Source: Chiloscyllium plagiosum (taxonomy: Eukaryota). Taken from it: 35,010 nt of DNA. A model generated the notes under the pieces. That model did no database searches and was not told where the DNA came from. It saw only the letters and a list, made by a program, of their open reading frames with translations. The first letter of the stretch is position 1; each line of letters starts with the position of its first letter. The translations under genes and the position numbers were made by a program. The stretch is from assembly GCF_004010195.1 (NCBI RefSeq), contig NW_025215377.1:165441-200450 (forward strand). Direction: 5' to 3'. Of this stretch, positions 10,553 through 21,599 are shown piece by piece.

Positions 10553-11024
10553 GGTGACCTTATAGATGTTTATAAACTAACGAGGAGGATAGATAAGGTG
10601 AACTGCAAGGGACTTTTCCCGAGGGTGGGGGATTTCAAGACTGGGGGCACATTTTTAAGGTAAGAGGAGAAAGATTTAAAAAGACAGAGTCATAGAGTCA
10701 CAGAGATGTACAGCATGGAAACAGACCCTTCAGACCAACCCATCCATGCCGACCAGATATCCCAACCCAATCTAGTCCCACCTGCCAGCACCCGGCCCAT
10801 ATCCCTCCAAACCCTTCCTATTCATATACCCATCCAAATGCCTCTTAAATATTATAATGGTACCAGCCTCCACCACATCCTCTGGCAGCTCATTCCATAC
10901 ACGTATCACCCTCTGTGTGAAAAAGTTGTCCCTTGGGTCTCTTTTATATCTTTCCCCTCTCACCCTAAACCTATGCCCTCAGTTCTGGACTCCCCCATCA
11001 TAGGGAAAAGACTTTGCCTATTTA

Positions 11025-11247
11025 GGGAGAAAGTGAGGTCTGCAGATGCTGGAGATCAGAGCTGAAAATGTGTTGCTGGAAAAGCGCAGCAGGTCAGGCA
11101 GCATCCAGGGAACAGGAGAATCGACATTTCGGGCATAAGCCCTTCTTCAGGAATGGTTCCTGAAGAAGGGCTTATGCCCGAAACGTCGATTCTCCTGTTC
11201 CCTGGATGCTGCCTGACCTGCTGCGCTTTTCCAGCAACACATTTTCA
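11025..11247. mobile_element. Near-perfect palindromic Penelope-tail mini element; 14-bp TSD
   Basis: Arms 11063-11153 and 11157-11247 (91 bp, 1 mismatch) with a 3-nt loop. actttgcctattta is duplicated at 11011-11024 and 11248-11261. Confidence 0.88.
11160..11187 (+). ncRNA. Minimal type I hammerhead ribozyme-like core (mirror copy on the minus strand at 11123-11150)
   Basis: CTGAAGA-A-GGGC(TTAT)GCCC-GAAA-C-GTC, i.e. CUGANGA, helix II, GAAA and GUC. Helix III has no loop and helix I is very short. Confidence 0.6.
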
Positions 11248-11685
11248 ACTTTGCCTATTTATCTTATCCATGCCCCTCATAATTTTGTAAACCTCTATAA
11301 GGTCACCCCTCAGCCTCCGACGCTCCAGGGAAAACAGCCCCAGCCTGTTCAGTCTCTCCCTGTAGGTCAGATCCTCCAACCCTGGCAACACCCTTGTAAA
11401 TCTTTTCTGAACCTTTTCAAGTTTCACAACATCTTTAGACCAGAATTGCAATATTCCAACAGTGGCCTAACCAATGTCCTGTACAGCCGCAACATGACCT
11501 TCGCAAACTTTTTACACAGTGGGGTTCGTGTGTGGAATAAATTCCTGAGGAAGTGATGGTTGTGGGTGCAGTTACAACATTTAAAAAACATTCCGATATG
11601 TACATTAATAGGAAATATTTGGAGGGATATGGACCAGACGCTGGCAGGCGGGACTAGTTTAGTTTGAGATTATGGTTGTCATGAA

Positions 11686-11826
11686 GCTCTGAGGAATGGT
11701 GACTGGACCCGAAACATTAGCTCTGATTTCTCGCCACAGATGCTGCCAGACCTGCTGAGCTTTTCCAGCAATTTCTGTTTTTGATTTTGATTTCCAGTGT
11801 CCGCAGTTGTTTTTTTTTTGTTTTAA
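11686..11826 (+). mobile_element. Single Penelope-type 3' tail with degenerate hammerhead-like motif
   Basis: ctgaggaatggtgactggacccgaaacatt followed by gatgctgccagacctgctgagcttttccagc; flanked by tggttg(t/g)catg. Confidence 0.65.
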
Positions 11827-12287
11827 TTGGTTGGCATGGACTGGTTGGAGCAAAGAATGTGTTTCCGTGCTGTGTGACTCTATGAGTATATGTGATGCGC
11901 AATAATGTTCCCAACACAGGAATGGCCGTGGGAGTGAGGGCAAGGCAGGGGCACTGCCAGGACTCCCATGGCAGGTCCTTACACAGGGGACCACAGTCTG
12001 GCTTTCAACATCATTGCCCTTAGGCTCAGGGCTGGAGAGGGAAAGGGAGAGGGAGAAACAAGGAGAGAGAGACAGACAGGCAGACAGAGGAAAGGAAGTG
12101 GAGAAGAGACGGGGTGAGGGGGAAAGAAAGCAGTGGAAAGAGATCTGTCTCTTGATTAATTTTTTAAAATGTAAACCATAAGTACTAAGTTAGCCTGGAG
12201 CAGTGTTTTATAGAGCAATAAGACCATGCTATTTTCTGGGTCTGTAGATTATGAAGGAGTAAAGATGGCCTTTAGTACAGTGATATG

Positions 12288-12620
12288 ATTAGATCAGATT
12301 CCCTACAGTGTGGAAACAGGCCCTTTGGCCCAACAAGTCCATACTGACCCTCCGAAGAGTAACCCACCCAGACCTATTTCCCTCTGACTAATGGCCCTAA
12401 ACTATGAGCAATTTAGCACGGCCAATTCACCTGCCTTGCACATTTTTGGATTGAGGGAGGAAACCACAGCACTCAGAGGAAACCCACACAGACACAGGGT
12501 GAATGTGCAACTCCACACAGACAGTGGCCCAAGGCGGGAATTGAACTCAGGTCCCTGGTACTATGAGACAACAGTGCTAACCACTGAGCCATCATTCTAC
12601 CCAGCCACCGTGCCACCCCA
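12288..12620 (-). mobile_element. HE1-type V-SINE
   Basis: Antisense tail ttagatcagattccctacagtgtggaaacagg, V-domain and tRNA-like head. Confidence 0.8.
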
Positions 12621-12624
12621 CTTC

Positions 12625-14410
12625 CTGGTTCTTCCTGTCGGATGTGGGAGTTTAGGGAGAGTTTCCATGTTACTGATGATTATGTCCGCGGGAAGTGTCT
12701 TTGGTTGCAAATCCAATCAGATCGCCTGGATCGGTGGGAGTGGCAGTTAGAGGCAATGAGGAACTTACAAGAGCTAGGGATTGTGATGGATGGCAGTTAT
12801 AGGAAGGGAGAAAAGCTGCAGATACAGTTAGGTAGAGGGGTTAGCTCCAGGAAAGGTAAGAGAGGTAGGCAGCTAGTGCAGGAGTCTTCTATGGCTATCC
12901 CCATTTCAAACAGGTATGTTGTCTTGGAAAATGTAGGGGGTGATGGATTCTCAGGGGAATGTAGCACCAACAGCCAAGTTGCTGGTATTGAGACTGGCTC
13001 TAATGCAACAAGGGGTACATCGGGTTCCAAGCGATCGTTTGTGTCAGGGGACTCTCTAGTCAGAGGCACAGACAGACGTTTCTGTGGCCAGCAGCAAAAA
13101 ATCAGAATGGTGTGTCGCTTCCCTGGTGCCAGGATCAAGGATGTCTCAGAGAGGGTGCAGAATGTTCTCAAGCTGGTGTATGGGAGAAGGATTCACATTT
13201 TTGAATCATTGGAATCTCTTTTGGGGTAGAATTGACCTGTACAAGGAGGACGGATTGCACCTACATTGGAACGGGGCTAATATACTGGCAGGAAGATTTG
13301 CTAGAGCTGCTCAGGAGGATTTAGACTAATAAGGTGGGGGGGTGGGACCCAGGGAGATAGTGAGGAAAGAGATCAATCTGAGACTGGTACAGTTGAGAAA
13401 AAAAGTGAGTCAAACAGTCAGGGCAGGCAGGGACAAAGCAGAGAACAAGGTAGGACTGATAAATTAAACTGCATTATTTCAATGCAAGGGGCCTAACAGG
13501 GAAGACAGCTGAATTCAGGGCAAGGTTAGGAACATGGGACTGGGATATCAGAGCAATTACAGAAACATCGCTCAGGGATGGGCAGGACTGGCAGCTTAAT
13601 ATTCCAGGATACAAATGCTACAGGAAGGATGGAAAGGGAGGCAAGAGAGGAGGGAGAGTGGCATTTTTGATAAGGGATAGCATTACAGCTGTGGTGAGGA
13701 AGGATATTCCCGGAAATACATCCAGGGAAGTTATTTGGGTAGAACTGAGAAATAAGAAAGGGATGATCACATTACTGGGATTATATTATAGACCCCCCAA
13801 TAGTCAAAGGGAAATTGAGAAACAAACTTGTAAGGAGATCTCAGCTATCTGTAAGGATAATAGGGTAGTTATGGTAGGGGATTTTAACTTTCCAAACATC
13901 GACTGAGACTGCCATAGTGTTAAAGGTTTAAATGGAGAGGAATTTGTTAAGTGCGTACAGGGCAACTGATGCATCCGTGGAATCCGAACAAATTATATGG
14001 AATGTTCCAGAACCGGGACCTAGGGTCTCCCGGGGAGATAAATTTCCCATTGAAATTAATGGGATCACTCCTGATCATTTCAGGCCTCAGCAGTAGGTCT
14101 TGGAACATATCCTCCATGGGTACGGGAGGGATTACTGTACAAGAAAATTTTCTGATTCAATATGAGGATGTGCCCATTAGAGGTGTAAAACTTGACCTAC
14201 TCTTGGGAAGTAAGGTGACTGAGGTGTCAGTGGGGGAACACTTTGGGGCCAGCGACCATAATTCTATTCGTTTTAAAATAGTGATGGAAAAGGATAGACC
14301 AGATCTAAAAGTTGAAGTTCTAAATTGGAGAAAGGCCAATTTTGACGGTATTAGGCAAGAACTTTCAAAAGCTGATTGGAGGCAGATGTTCGCAGGTAAA
14401 GGGACGGCTG
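12625..14410 (+). mobile_element. CR1 LINE 5' portion: SGNH-esterase-type ORF1 remnant and APE endonuclease of ORF2 (disrupted)
   Basis: SNRYVVL...GDSLVRGTDRRFCG...FPGARIKDVSER, DGLHL, then WVELRNKKG...GLYYRPPNS...VGDFNFPNID and SDHNSI motifs, with stops and frameshifts. Confidence 0.88.
13958..14137. mobile_element. Tigger/pogo-like MITE with TA TSD inserted in the CR1 endonuclease region
   Basis: TA|CAG...CTG|TA with imperfect TIRs (gcatccgtgga vs tccatgggtac). Excision restores aagtgcgta-caagaaaattttctg. Confidence 0.7.
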
Positions 14411-14604
14411 GAAAATGGGAAGTCTTCAGAAATCAGCCGTGTGGTTAATGGTGCCAGTGTGATTTCGGAGGCCGATGGAAGATTCTGGAACAGTTGAGGA
14501 ACCCAGAGTGTGGGGGTAAGTACATGAAAGTTTTTGGTACTTGCTGTCTTTAATTCCCGATAAGGCTAGGAAGAACTGTTTGTTTAGTGGATGGATTCTT
14601 CTGT

Positions 14605-14854
14605 GGATGAAGAACCCCACTGGTCCTCACCTAACACCCCACCAACCTCCATATACATCATATCATCCGTCGTCATTTCCGCCATCTCCAAACGGACCCC
14701 ACCACCAGGGATATATTTCCCTCCCCTCCCCTTTCAGCGTTCCAAAAACATCACTCCCTCCGTGACTCCCGTGACCCCCCCACCAACCCAACCTCCACTC
14801 CCGGCACCTTCCCCTGCAACCGCAAGAAATGCAAAACTTGCGCCCACACCTCCC
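14605..14854 (+). mobile_element. Penelope-like element fragment, truncated by the gap
   Basis: catttccgccatctccaaacggaccccaccaccagggatatatttccc is homologous to the 3163-4264 element. Confidence 0.8.
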
Positions 14855-15300
14855 NNNNNNNNNNNNNNNNNNNNNNNNNNNNNNNNNNNNNNNNNNNNNN
14901 NNNNNNNNNNNNNNNNNNNNNNNNNNNNNNNNNNNNNNNNNNNNNNNNNNNNNNNNNNNNNNNNNNNNNNNNNNNNNNNNNNNNNNNNNNNNNNNNNNNN
15001 NNNNNNNNNNNNNNNNNNNNNNNNNNNNNNNNNNNNNNNNNNNNNNNNNNNNNNNNNNNNNNNNNNNNNNNNNNNNNNNNNNNNNNNNNNNNNNNNNNNN
15101 NNNNNNNNNNNNNNNNNNNNNNNNNNNNNNNNNNNNNNNNNNNNNNNNNNNNNNNNNNNNNNNNNNNNNNNNNNNNNNNNNNNNNNNNNNNNNNNNNNNN
15201 NNNNNNNNNNNNNNNNNNNNNNNNNNNNNNNNNNNNNNNNNNNNNNNNNNNNNNNNNNNNNNNNNNNNNNNNNNNNNNNNNNNNNNNNNNNNNNNNNNNN
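14855..15300. other. Assembly gap (446 N)
   Basis: N run. Confidence 0.99.
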
Positions 15301-15485
15301 CCTGAGCAATTTCCCATAGCCAATTCACCCTGACCTGCATATCTTTGGAATGTGGGAGGAAACCCACGCAGGCACGGGGGAGAATGTGCAAACTCCACAC
15401 AGACAGTCACCCAAGGCTGGAATCAAACGTGGGACGTTGGCGCTGTGAGGCAGCAGCACCAACCACTGAGCCACCATGCTGCCCA
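15301..15485 (-). mobile_element. HE1-type V-SINE 5' half
   Basis: V-domain plus tRNA-like head, antisense. Confidence 0.8.
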
Positions 15486-15756
15486 TTTTTTAAAAAAGTA
15501 CCTATTAAATCCTACACTCTGTTCTGTCTCTTCTAATCATAGAATCCCTACAGTGTGGAAACAGAGTGTCAGAGAGTTAGTAGCTGAACTGACTTACAAA
15601 CATCCTTCTGCAACAAGCTCCACCAATCAGGATTGTTCCTGGGAGGAGCTAACCAGTGCATCACTGATTGTTGGTTATCGTAACAGCAAGTTGTTAAAGC
15701 AGGAACAAGTGTTTCCTCTTAAGTCTGATATCTCATTATTTGAGATCAATGTGAGA

Positions 15757-16325
15757 TGTATCTCCTGACTCCCCCCCTGACTCCCCAAACCCAGTCCCAC
15801 CATCTACAAATCACAAGTCAGGAGGGTGAGGGAATACTCCCCACTTGCCTGGATGGGGGCAGCTCCAACAACACTCAAGAAGTTCGACACCATCCAGGAC
15901 AAAGCAGCCCCTGTTTGATTGGCCCCACAGCCACAAACATCCCTTCCCTTCCCCCACCGACACTCAGTAGCAGCAGTGTGTACCATCCCCATGATGCACT
16001 ACAGACACTCACTAAAGATCCTCAGGCAGCACCTTCCAAACCCACGACCAGGATAAGGGCAGCAGATACTTGGGAACACCACCTCCCACAAGTTCCCCTC
16101 CAAGCCATTCACCATCCTGACTTGGAAATATATCGCCGTTCCTTCCCTGTTGCTGGGTCAAAATCCTTGAATTCCCTCCCTAGGGGCATTGTGGATCAAC
16201 CCACAGCACATGGACTGCAGTGGTTCAAAAAGTTAGCTCACCCCCACATTCTCAAGGGGCAACTAGGGACAGGTGATAAATACTGGGCCCAGCAAGTGAC
16301 ACCCGTGTATCACAAGTGACTAAAA
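15757..16325 (+). mobile_element. Non-LTR retrotransposon 3' end (CR1/L2 supergroup, distinct from HER1)
   Basis: TIYKSQVRRVREYSPLAWMGAAPTTLKKFDTIQDKAA-type RT C-terminus; tail ctcaagggcaactaggga...taaatactg. Confidence 0.75.
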
Positions 16326-16694
16326 AACAATGGAATTAGTCAGGAAATATGTCTGTAAGAAATCTATGTCCCTAAAGACCAAGCCTCTCTTCTGCCCAAG
16401 ACATCATGAGGCCAACCTTCCCACTTGGTATCCATGATATCAACTCATACCAAGATGGTGGATAATGGGGCAATGAATCTACCCAGGTTATTCCATATGT
16501 TTCCAAAGGAATCCAACATTTATGATCGAAATATCCACAGGCTGGTCATGCAGATACCCAGGCTAATGCTCTGGGTCATGGCTTCAAACCTGACCATGGC
16601 CCCTGCCGAAATTTAAATTCAATTAACAAATAATTTCAAAGATCATCTCAGTGATGGTGACCATCAAACTACCACCAATTGTACACTGATGATC

Positions 16695-17420
16695 AATGGC
16701 CAATGATGGGTCATTGTCAGGTTGATGCCAGTGTTGTAACTGGACTGGAACAGCTTGGTTAGGGAAGTGGCAAATTCTGTTGCACAAGTCTTCAGTCCTA
16801 TTGCCAGAATGTTGGCAGGGCCCATAGTCTTTGCAGTATATAATGCTTCTAATCATTTTTTGATCACATGTGGAGTGAATCAAATTGGCCAGAGACTGGT
16901 ATCTGTGAAGACCACTGGGGGAGGCTGAGATGGATCATCCACTCGGCATTTCTGGCTGAAGATTGCTGTGAAAGTTTCAGCCTTATCTACTGCCCTGATG
17001 GGCTGGGATCCTCCGTCATTGAGGATGGGGATATTGGTGGAGCCTCCTCTTCCAGTGAGTTGTTTAACTGTCCACCATCATTCACGACTGAATGTGGCAG
17101 GACTGCAGAGCTTGGATCTGATCCGTTGTCTGTGGGATCACTGAGCTCTGTCTATCTCTTGCTGCTTTATGCTGTTTGGCAAATAGTCCTGTTTGATGGC
17201 TTCACCAGATTGATACCTCATCTTCAGGTACGTCTGATGCTGTTCCTTGCACGCCTTCCTGCACGCTCCATTGAACCAGGGTTGATCCCCTGGCCTGATG
17301 GTAATGGTTGAGTGGGGGATATGCCAGGCCACGGGATTACAGATTGTGCTGGAGTACAGTTCTGCTGCTGGTGATGGTCCACAGCACCTCATGGATGCCC
17401 AGTCATCAGTTGCTAGATCT
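16695..17420 (-). mobile_element. Non-LTR retrotransposon ORF2 linker / RT N-terminal fragment
   Basis: TITIRPGDQPWFNGACRKAC, WWTVKQLTG and AKTMGPANIL-like motifs, disrupted. Confidence 0.7.
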
Positions 17421-17429
17421 GTTCAAAAT

Positions 17430-19010
17430 ATGATCAAAAGACCATAAAATATTGGGGCAGAATTGGGCCATTCAGCCCATTGAGTCTCGTCTGCTATTCC
17501 ATCATGGTTGATATGTTTCTCAACCCCATTCACCCTGTGACCTTTGACCCCCTTACTAATCAGGATCCTATCTATCTCTGGCTTAAATACACTCAGTGAC
17601 TTGGCCTCCACAGCCCCCTGTGGTAATGAGTCCCACAGATTCCCCACCCTCTGGCTGAAGAAACCCCTCCTCATCTCAGTTCTAAAGGGTCGCCCCTTCA
17701 CCCTGAGGCTGGGCCCTCGGGTCCTAGTCTCGCCTCCTGGTGGAAACATCTTCTCCACATCCTCTCTATCCAGGCCTCTCAGTATTCTGGAAGTTTCCAT
17801 GAGATACCTCCCTCATCCTTCTAAACTCCATCGAGTACAGACCCAGGGTCCTCACCCGTTCCTCATATGACAATCCCTTCATCCCTGGGATCATTCTTGT
17901 AAACCATCTCTGCCCCCCCCTCCAAGACCAGCACATCCTTCCTTAGATACGGGGCCCAAAACTGCTCACAAGATTCTGAATGTGGTCTGACCAGAGCCTT
18001 ATACAGCCTCAGCAGTACAGCTCTGCTCTTGTATTCCAGCCCTCTTGAAATGAATGCTTACATTGCATCTGCCCTCCGAACTGCCACCTTAACCTGCATG
18101 TTCTCCTTCGGAGAATCCTGAACTGGGACTCCCAAGTCCCTTTGTGCTTTGGATTTCTGAAGCCTTTCAGTGTTTAGAAAATAGTCTGCTCCTCTATTCT
18201 TCCTACCAAAAGGCATAACCTCACACTTTCCCACATTGTATTCCATCTGCCACTTCCTTTCCCACTCTTCCAGCCTGTCCCAGTCCTTCTGTAGCCTCCC
18301 CACTTCCTCACCACTATCTGTCCCTCCATCTATCCTTGCGCCATCTGTAAACTGAGTGCTAAAATAAAAGCAAATTACTGCGGATGCTGGAATCTGAAAC
18401 CAAAAGAGAAGATACTGGAAAATCTCAGCAGGTCTGGCAGCATCTGTAAGGAGAGAAAAGAGCTGACGTTTCAAAGGGTCAGTTAGACTCGAAATGTCAG
18501 TTTTTTTCTCTCTTTACAGATGTTGCAAGACCTGCTGAGATTTTCCAGCATTTTCTCTTTTGGTTAGCAACAGTGCTCCCGGCTCCTTTGTACTTCATTC
18601 CCTGTGTCCCATTTATCGCGGTGACAGTGCCACACTACACAATGGAGGGTATTCTCAAGCTGAAGGTGAGACTTTGCTCCGTAAGGATTGTGTGGTGGTC
18701 ACTGTTACCGAGATGCCATGGACAGGTGTATCTGCAGCTGGCAGATTGGTGAGGATGAGCCTATCAAGCCCCCATCTTCCTGCCATTGACAGCTTCCCCC
18801 TCCATCACGATTGGAGACCCTGCTGGGATTTGGACCATCTGCAAGCTTCCCAATTGTGCCTCCCACAATGAATTCTAAATTATTAACCGATACCGTACAC
18901 AGCGAGGGCCCCAATCCTGACCCAGTGAGAACTCCACTGGAAACTGCATTCCATTTGCAGACCATCCATTGAATGCTACCCTTTGTTTCCTGTCACTGAG
19001 CCAATGTTTG
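17430..19010 (-). mobile_element. CR1 LINE RT / 3' fragments with a nested palindromic insertion
   Basis: LQKDWDRLEEWERKWQMEYNVGKCEVMPFGRKN...QRDLGV; FFSQRVGNLWDSLP; SSGVLTGSGLGPSL. Confidence 0.85.
18356..18565. mobile_element. Palindromic Penelope-tail mini element with partly deleted hammerhead-like centre
   Basis: aaccaaaagagaagatactggaaaatctcagcaggtct...gctgacgtttc pairs with gaaatgtcag...agacctgctgagattttccagcattttctcttttggtt. Confidence 0.72.
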
Positions 19011-19551
19011 CCCCATTCCCCTGTATCCCAGGCACTTTGTTAGAGTCTGTGTATAGCTGGGATAGGGAATGTTTACTTGTGATTGTCGGAGAACATTTGT
19101 GTGTTTGTTCTCAGCTAAAGGAGGAAGAGGAGTGAGAACGTGGGGAGGCCACAAGGACAGGTTTGAGGAAAACAGGCCTAAGATCCAACATGGCAAAGAG
19201 CAGGACAAAGTACACAGTCATTGTGGGTCTTACCACGGCACATGGACTGCGGCGGTTCAAGAAGGCAGCTCACCCCCAACTTCCCAAGAGGCAACTAGGG
19301 ATAGGCAATAAATGCTGGGCCTGTTACTGAAGCCCATGTCCCATGAGTGAATGAAAATAAATGCTCTTCACTTCACTGGGAGAGTGTTTGGGTTGAAAGG
19401 TTGTTCAATGCAGTTTTTTTTGAATTACATTTTGTGACCATCCAGTTATATGACATATCCACACACAACATACAGTGCAGTTGTTAATGTAGAGGTGCAT
19501 AGAACCAGTGGGTAAAGGAAATAAGGTTCTCAGTTGTAGTGTTCGTCAGCA

Positions 19552-19965
19552 TCATACAGATGTACAGCACAGAAACAGACCCTTCAGTCCACCTCGTCCA
19601 TGCCGATCGGATATCCCAACCTAATCTAGTCCCATTTGCCAGCACCCGGCCCATATCCCTCCAAACCCTTCCTATTCATATACCCATCCAGATGCCGTTT
19701 AAATGCTGTAATTGTACCAGCCTCCACCACATCCTCCGGCAGCTCATTCCGTACACGTACCACCCTCTGCGTGAAAACGTTGCCTCTTTGGTCCCTTTTG
19801 AATCTTTGCCCTCTCACCCTAAACCTATGCCCTCCAGTTCTGGATTCCCCAGCCCTCTGGGGGAAAGACCTTGACTATTAACCTATCTATTCCCCTTGAT
19901 AAGGTCACCCCTCAGCCTTTGATGCTCCAGCCTGTTCACCCTCTCCCTGTAGCTGAAACCCTCCA
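19552..19965 (-). mobile_element. HER1-like CR1 LINE 3' end
   Basis: RGNVFTQRVVRVRNELPEDVVEAGTITAFKRHLDGYMNRKGLEGYG. Confidence 0.88.
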
Positions 19966-20034
19966 GTCCAATACCTGAAACTGCACTCCAAACAATAACA
20001 AGCAGCTGCAAGGAACATAAAACACCAGTTCGGG

Positions 20035-20390
20035 GCAGATGGTGATGCAGAGGGAGTATTGTTTGGGTCATTAATCCAGAGGCCTAGGTGTATGCTTTAA
20101 ATTTAAACCCCACCATGGCAGCTGGTTGAATTTAAATCAATGAATAAAAACATTTGGAATTAAAACTCACCTCAGTGATGGTGATCATGGTAACTATTAT
20201 TGGACAAAATCTGCCATCCTTATGTGGTCTGACCAAAACGTGACTCCAGACCCACAGCAAAGGGGTTGGCTCTCAACTATCCTCTGAAATGGCCATGTGA
20301 GCCACTCAGTTCAAGGTGCAATTAGGGACAGACAACAAATGCCAACCTTGCTAGCAACACCCACATCCCATGAAAGGATACGTCTAAAAG
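20035..20390 (+). mobile_element. Second SINE family (tRNA-like head, tail shared with the LINE at 15757-16325); related copies at ~16540-16680 and ~33110-33400
   Basis: Shared aaatctgccatcctta...gactccagacccacagcaa...gcaattaggga...aaatgc sequence. Confidence 0.6.
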
Positions 20391-20572
20391 GAGATTCACT
20401 TCCATTGAAGGCCAGGAGACATAAAGATTGTGGGTCTTTACCTTGAACTCCATGACAGAGACAGCGTAAAAAATCCAAACAGCACATTGAACATTGCCAC
20501 TCAGTCCAAAGCAAATTCAACTCCAGGGCCCTGGTTAGTGTGGTCGAAGAGAGAGACCGAGGGGTTCAGGTG

Positions 20573-20790
20573 CAGGACATTCTGCTGTAACGTGTGCTTC
20601 ATTAACGCCAATTTGGTCTAACGCGATTGACAAATTGGGGACACTATTTCTACAGCGCGAACTTGTAAACCGTGTGTTGGCAGTAACACGATTACATTGC
20701 CAACATTTAAGCACAATTTCTGAAGCTTGATTATTCTATAACACAGGATTGCACAAGAACGCAACCATCGCATTCTTGAAGAACGACCTG
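20573..20790. mobile_element. Old Tigger-like MITE
   Basis: Imperfect TIRs caggacattctgctgtaacg and cgcattcttgaagaacgacctg, with internal ataac/aacgcg repeats; TA TSD decayed. Confidence 0.5.
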
Positions 20791-20999
20791 AAATAATTCT
20801 TTGGGAGTTGCATCACAGGTAGACAGGGTGGTTAAAAGACGTTTAACACGCTTGCCTTCATTGCTCAGACCTTTGGGTACAGGAGCGGGGACGTCATGTT
20901 GAGGTTGTACAGGATGATCGCGAGACCTCTTCTGGGGTAAAAAATACAGGACAGAAGAAACCCTTCAGCTCAACAAGAATGTACCATCAAAACTACACT

Positions 21000-21320
21000 C
21001 AACACACAGACACACACACACATACATTCTCACTCACACACATACACACATACATGCACATAAACAGGCTCTCCATATGCACACACTCACACACACATAG
21101 GCTGTCACACTCTCATATGCACACTCACACACACAGGCTCTCACACTCTCATATGCACACACTCACACACACATAGGCTGTCACACTCTCATACGCACAC
21201 ACACAGACTCTCACACTCCCATACACACACACACTGCCACACACACATACACAAATACACTCTCAGGCACACACAGACTCTCACATTCTCACATACACAT
21301 ACACACACAGACTCTGACAC
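21000..21320. repeat. Degenerate (CA)n compound microsatellite
   Basis: CA-rich tract with a higher-order acacacaggctctcacactctcatatgc motif. Confidence 0.9.
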
Positions 21321-21599
21321 AAGCAGTGACTTGGATATGGCCTCTCACTGGCTGGTGCAGAGCTCGATGTGATGAGAGTGGGCTCAGTGGGGCATTGCAA
21401 TGCCCTGATTGCCTTTGGTCACGACCCTTGGAAATGGCCCCCCCAGGGGTGTGTGTGTGTGTGTGCGTGTGGCGGGGGTGGGGGGGGGGTGCGGTGTAAG
21501 TAACCATGTGGCAGACACAGCTCACCGGCCGCTCGTGGGAGATTCTGAGCTCACCTCATTGGGCCTGACCATCAGCCCCTGGCCCAGACAAGGAGCAGA

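Larger units (their letters stand above)
10687..11500 (-). mobile_element. HER1-like CR1 LINE 3' fragment inserted antisense into another CR1
   Basis: QFWSKDVVKLEKVQKRFTRVLPGLEDLTYRERLNRLGLFSLERRRLRGDLIEVYK and NFFTQRVIRVWNELPEDVVEAG; ctctatga-type tail. Confidence 0.9.
9705..11886 (+). mobile_element. CR1 LINE 3' fragment hosting nested insertions
   Basis: [38 protein letters not shown]...LRGDLIE. It resumes at 10553, ~11505 and 11828 after the inserts. Confidence 0.85.

Noticed and set aside
12642..13229. 195-aa ORF as a host SGNH esterase gene
   Set aside because: It is a CR1 ORF1 remnant with internal deletion and frameshift, directly followed by a disrupted ORF2 endonuclease.
14476..14522. 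gccgATGG…GGG|gtaagt mini first exon (MEDSGTVEEPRVW)
   Set aside because: No recognisable homology or downstream exon, and it is sandwiched between TE fragments.
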